Source of the DNA: an uncultured bacterium
GTDB taxonomy: Bacteria; Acidobacteriota; HRBIN11; JAKEFK01
NCBI GenBank assembly: GCA_963777505.1
Contig: CAVZQN010000006.1
Location: 128,001-192,000 of the forward strand
Length of the DNA: 64,000 bases
Direction: 5' to 3'
A model generated the notes under the pieces. It had not been told where the DNA came from. It saw only the letters and a list, made by a program, of their open reading frames with translations, and did not search any database. The position numbers and the translations under genes were made by a program. This document shows, piece after piece, positions 60,907-64,000 of this stretch. The stretch's first letter is position 1. Every line of letters starts with the position of its first letter.

Positions 60907-62253
60907 TTATCCCAGTTTTTTGCGAACAATTTCTGCCAAAGATGCTGCCATTGATTCTATCCGTGTTTGGTCCGGCCCTTCAATCATGATTCGCGCAACA
61001 TTTTCTGTTCCTGAATAACGAACCAAAATTCTTCCACTCAATTCCAGTTCAGTTTCGATTGTACCAATTGCTGCCTGAATTTCAGGAATTGTTGCCAGAT
61101 CGGGTTTTGTCTTCACAGGAACATTCAGCAGAGTTTGTGGATACTTTGTAAATCCATCACAAAAACTGGAAAGTGAAGAGCCTGATTCTTTCAGGATTCT
61201 TAAAACTTGTAAAGCTGTAAGGAGGCCATCCCCAATGAAGGATTCATTCATAAAGATGATGTGACCAGATTGTTCGCCGCCCAGCGACAAATCTTCTTCT
61301 TGCAACTTTTCTAAAACATTCCTATCGCCGACAGGAACACGATACAGATGAATTCCTTGATTGCGTAAAAAGACTTCCAATCCCATGTTACTCATAGAGG
61401 TTCCAACAACGGCATTCTTTTTCAATAGCCCGCGCGATTTCAAATACAATGCAGCTGCGGCAAGGATGTAATCGCCATCGTAAATGCGAATCTTATCTGC
61501 GGCCATACATCGATCGCCATCTCCATCGAAAGTAAATCCAGCATCAAATCCATCGGCCACAATATGTTCGAACAGAACATCAGGATAAAGTGCTCCGCAG
61601 CGTTCATTTATATTCTGACCGTTTGGCTGATTATGAAATGCTTTTACCTCGGCGCCCATAGCTCGCAAAACTGCCGGCGCTGCTTCACACAAAGCGCCAT
61701 TTGCACAATCGATTGCAATTTTCAGCCCGGATAAATTCAGATCAGCAAAAAGCTGCCGGACTAAATATTCTTTGTACTCGGATCGGAAGTATTCCATAAA
61801 ATCCGAATTGCGGTTGCATTCGGGTATTGTGTCGATACGTTCCAGGATCTTTTCACCCAAAAGGTAAGGTTCTATTTCAGATTCAACTTCTTCGGACAAC
61901 TTATAGCCATCCGGCCCAAATATTTTGATTCCATTATCCTGATAAGGATTATGAGAAGCAGTGATGACGACCGCGCACTTTTTTTCAGTACGAGCCAGAT
62001 ACGCCAGCGCAGGGGTAGATAAAATGCCAGCATCATCGACTTTTCCGCCGGCTGAGCCGAATCCGCGGCATAGTGCATTAAAAAGAACAGGCCCGGATTC
62101 GCGAGTATCCCTTCCTATAATTAATTCCGGTTCAATATCTCGATCCTTCAGTAGGAAAAAAAGCACACGGCCTAAAAGTTCAATACTTCCCTGATCAAGC
62201 GGAAAAACACTTGCAACTCCGCGCAATCCATCTGTCCCAAATAACTTCCCCAT
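60907..62253 (-). CDS. glmM: Phosphoglucosamine mutase
   Basis: LFGTDGLRG, TASHNP, FDGDGDR, GGEQSGH, RYSGTE. Confidence 0.96.
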   Translation of the reverse strand: MGKLFGTDGLRGVASVFPLDQGSIELLGRVLFFLLKDRDIEPELIIGRDTRESGPVLFNALCRGFGSAGGKVDDAGILSTPALAYLARTEKKCAVVITASHNPYQDNGIKIFGPDGYKLSEEVESEIEPYLLGEKILERIDTIPECNRNSDFMEYFRSEYKEYLVRQLFADLNLSGLKIAIDCANGALCEAAPAVLRAMGAEVKAFHNQPNGQNINERCGALYPDVLFEHIVADGFDAGFTFDGDGDRCMAADKIRIYDGDYILAAAALYLKSRGLLKKNAVVGTSMSNMGLEVFLRNQGIHLYRVPVGDRNVLEKLQEEDLSLGGEQSGHIIFMNESFIGDGLLTALQVLRILKESGSSLSSFCDGFTKYPQTLLNVPVKTKPDLATIPEIQAAIGTIETELELSGRILVRYSGTENVARIMIEGPDQTRIESMAASLAEIVRKKLG

Positions 62254-62254
62254 C

Positions 62255-63175
62255 TTATTGAATCCTCACATGTATTCTTGCCGGGTTAATACCTTTAACT
62301 GAAACTCTTCCTTTTGTGTCGACAGGAAATTCTATCCTGGGTGTCAACTCATATACTCCGGGAGTAAGACCCTGTAAATCTAACACTGCAGTTGCTCGAG
62401 CGCGTAGCAAATCAGGCATCATTCTTTTCGGAGCTTGAACTTCAATTCGCACTGTTTTGGGATTGAATTGAACGCCACGTTTTGTATCTGAATGTATGAT
62501 CGGAACCTGGCGTAATGTAAATAAGTCTTCGATTTCTGAAATTTGAAGCGAAACAGTAACTTCTTTGACATTTCCCAAACGTACCTGACTGTTTGCAGTC
62601 CCAACCTTAACTCGTTCCGTATGATTCTGCTTGATCGAGGTTATATCAATTGAATCGGTTGTTACTTGACGCACCAAATTTACTTGCGATCGCGGTCCGA
62701 TGATTTCAACCTGCTGCGGAGAAATGATTGTCTCATTAACCGCAAAGCCCTCAGGAGATTCTCCCAGTAATTTTGGGAACACCTGAACTTTTTTTCTGAC
62801 CGTTTCTTCAATCGTGAGATTCACTTGAGACGGCGAAATTCGCAAGACTGAAAATCCATATGGTACTCGAACTGATTCAGGAGACAATTCAAAAATTCTT
62901 TGACCTGGATTTGTATCTTGAAGATCCAACCATGCCGTAATTTCTTGCGGCCTTAGATTGCGGATCAATGCGGTGTTTCCTTTGATCCATAAATTCACTT
63001 CAGACAGCAATTGTCCTTCCGATGTAATTTCGTAAGCTCGTGGTAAGTTTCGAAACTCAAGCGGCACGGTGACAATAACTTCGGATCTTTCTTCTGCTCC
63101 CACCCACATCCATAACAGTATTGAAAGAATAGCGGAGCCGATCATCAAAACCATGTTATTTGCAGGGATTTTCAT
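62255..63175 (-). CDS. cdaR: CdaR/YbbR-domain regulator of diadenylate cyclase
   Basis: N-terminal TM and repeated YbbR-like beta domains between cdaA and glmM. Confidence 0.88.
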   Translation of the reverse strand: MKIPANNMVLMIGSAILSILLWMWVGAEERSEVIVTVPLEFRNLPRAYEITSEGQLLSEVNLWIKGNTALIRNLRPQEITAWLDLQDTNPGQRIFELSPESVRVPYGFSVLRISPSQVNLTIEETVRKKVQVFPKLLGESPEGFAVNETIISPQQVEIIGPRSQVNLVRQVTTDSIDITSIKQNHTERVKVGTANSQVRLGNVKEVTVSLQISEIEDLFTLRQVPIIHSDTKRGVQFNPKTVRIEVQAPKRMMPDLLRARATAVLDLQGLTPGVYELTPRIEFPVDTKGRVSVKGINPARIHVRIQ

Positions 63176-63993
63176 AGTTGTTGCGCATTTTTACGGAAAA
63201 ATCTTTTGCCCATCATGCCCCCGGAAAGAGGCATGTTTTCAGAAAGAAGTTTTTTTAGTTCCGGGCCATCTAACTCCGTAATCATTTCTTCATTTTGCAC
63301 GAGGCTGATTTTTCCGGTTTCTTCTGAAACAACAATAATCATTGCATCTGTTTCTTCACTCAAACCGATCGCAGCGCGATGACGGCTTCCTAATTCACGT
63401 GCCAGATAAGGATTCATTGTAAGCGGCAAAAAACACGCGGCAGCGCCAATCCTTCCTCGCTGAATGATGACGGCTCCATCATGAAGTGGCGAATTAGGAT
63501 TGAACACACTCATTAACAGGTCATAGGATACTTTTGCATCCAGCGCAACGCCGCCTTCTATATAATTTTTCAACCCCATTTCGCGTTCAAGTACAACAAT
63601 CGATCCGATTCTTTTTGCTGACATAGAAGTTACAGCAAGAATAATTTCATCAAGTGGATGACGTCCCAGCTTGCTTGCAAAAAGATTCATTAATGGATTT
63701 TGTCCAAGTACAGAAATTGCTTTTCTAATTTCATGCTGAAATAAAATGATGACTATAAATACAAGGTAGGGGAAAATTTTTGTGAGAGTCCAATGAAGTG
63801 TGCGAAGACCTAACCACTGTGAAACAAAAAAGATTGAAACAAGAAGTAGAACTCCGAATCCAACCTGGACAGCGCCAGTGCCTTTAATAATTAGAAGAAC
63901 TTGATAAATCAGGAAGGCAACAATAACAATATCGAAAAGGTCATTCCAACCAAATTCCTTTCCAATAATCGATATTGCGAGCCAATGATTCAT
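63172..63993 (-). CDS. cdaA: Diadenylate cyclase CdaA (DacA)
   Basis: 3 TMs, FQHEIRK, catalytic HDGA and RHRAAIG motifs. Confidence 0.96.
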   Translation of the reverse strand: MNHWLAISIIGKEFGWNDLFDIVIVAFLIYQVLLIIKGTGAVQVGFGVLLLVSIFFVSQWLGLRTLHWTLTKIFPYLVFIVIILFQHEIRKAISVLGQNPLMNLFASKLGRHPLDEIILAVTSMSAKRIGSIVVLEREMGLKNYIEGGVALDAKVSYDLLMSVFNPNSPLHDGAVIIQRGRIGAAACFLPLTMNPYLARELGSRHRAAIGLSEETDAMIIVVSEETGKISLVQNEEMITELDGPELKKLLSENMPLSGGMMGKRFFRKNAQQL

Positions 63994-64000
63994 TCTTGCC

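Overview
A 64-kb, gene-dense chromosomal window from a diderm (LPS-making) bacterium. Gene order and content (split atp operon after parAB-bactofilin, fused LptC/LptA before lptB-rpoN-hpf-ptsN-hprK-rapZ, cdaA-cdaR-glmM, several Hanks-type kinases) suggest Acidobacteriota or a related lineage; this is inference. It carries the normally origin-proximal rpmH-rnpA-yidD-yidC-jag-mnmE-mnmG-rsmG-parS-parAB cluster, but a receiver-Ser/Thr kinase-DUF4388-like gene sits where dnaA usually lies. An accessory block of about 8.6 kb (two paralogous GT-C-like membrane proteins, an uncharacterised enzyme, a methyltransferase, a flippase-like protein, AlkD and an antiporter) precedes atpF'FHAGDC. The rest includes lpxD, a transport-less PTS/rpoN operon, phoH-pgpH-ybeY-corC-era, ssb, tol-pal-cpoB, uvrD, lpxC, gdhA, pdxJ and glmM-cdaR-cdaA. 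The most notable unexplained structure is about 11 copies of a short non-palindromic motif (CTTwGyGyCTyTGyGGTwAA), plus heptamer-arm hairpins and REP-like palindromes, located at gene junctions and sometimes supplying stop or start codons. There is also a candidate structured RNA upstream of the Zn-ribbon/lpxC genes. Three apparent single-base frameshifts (lptC/A, cpoB, pdxJ) are most likely assembly indels. No rRNA, tRNA, CRISPR array, transposase or prophage was seen.
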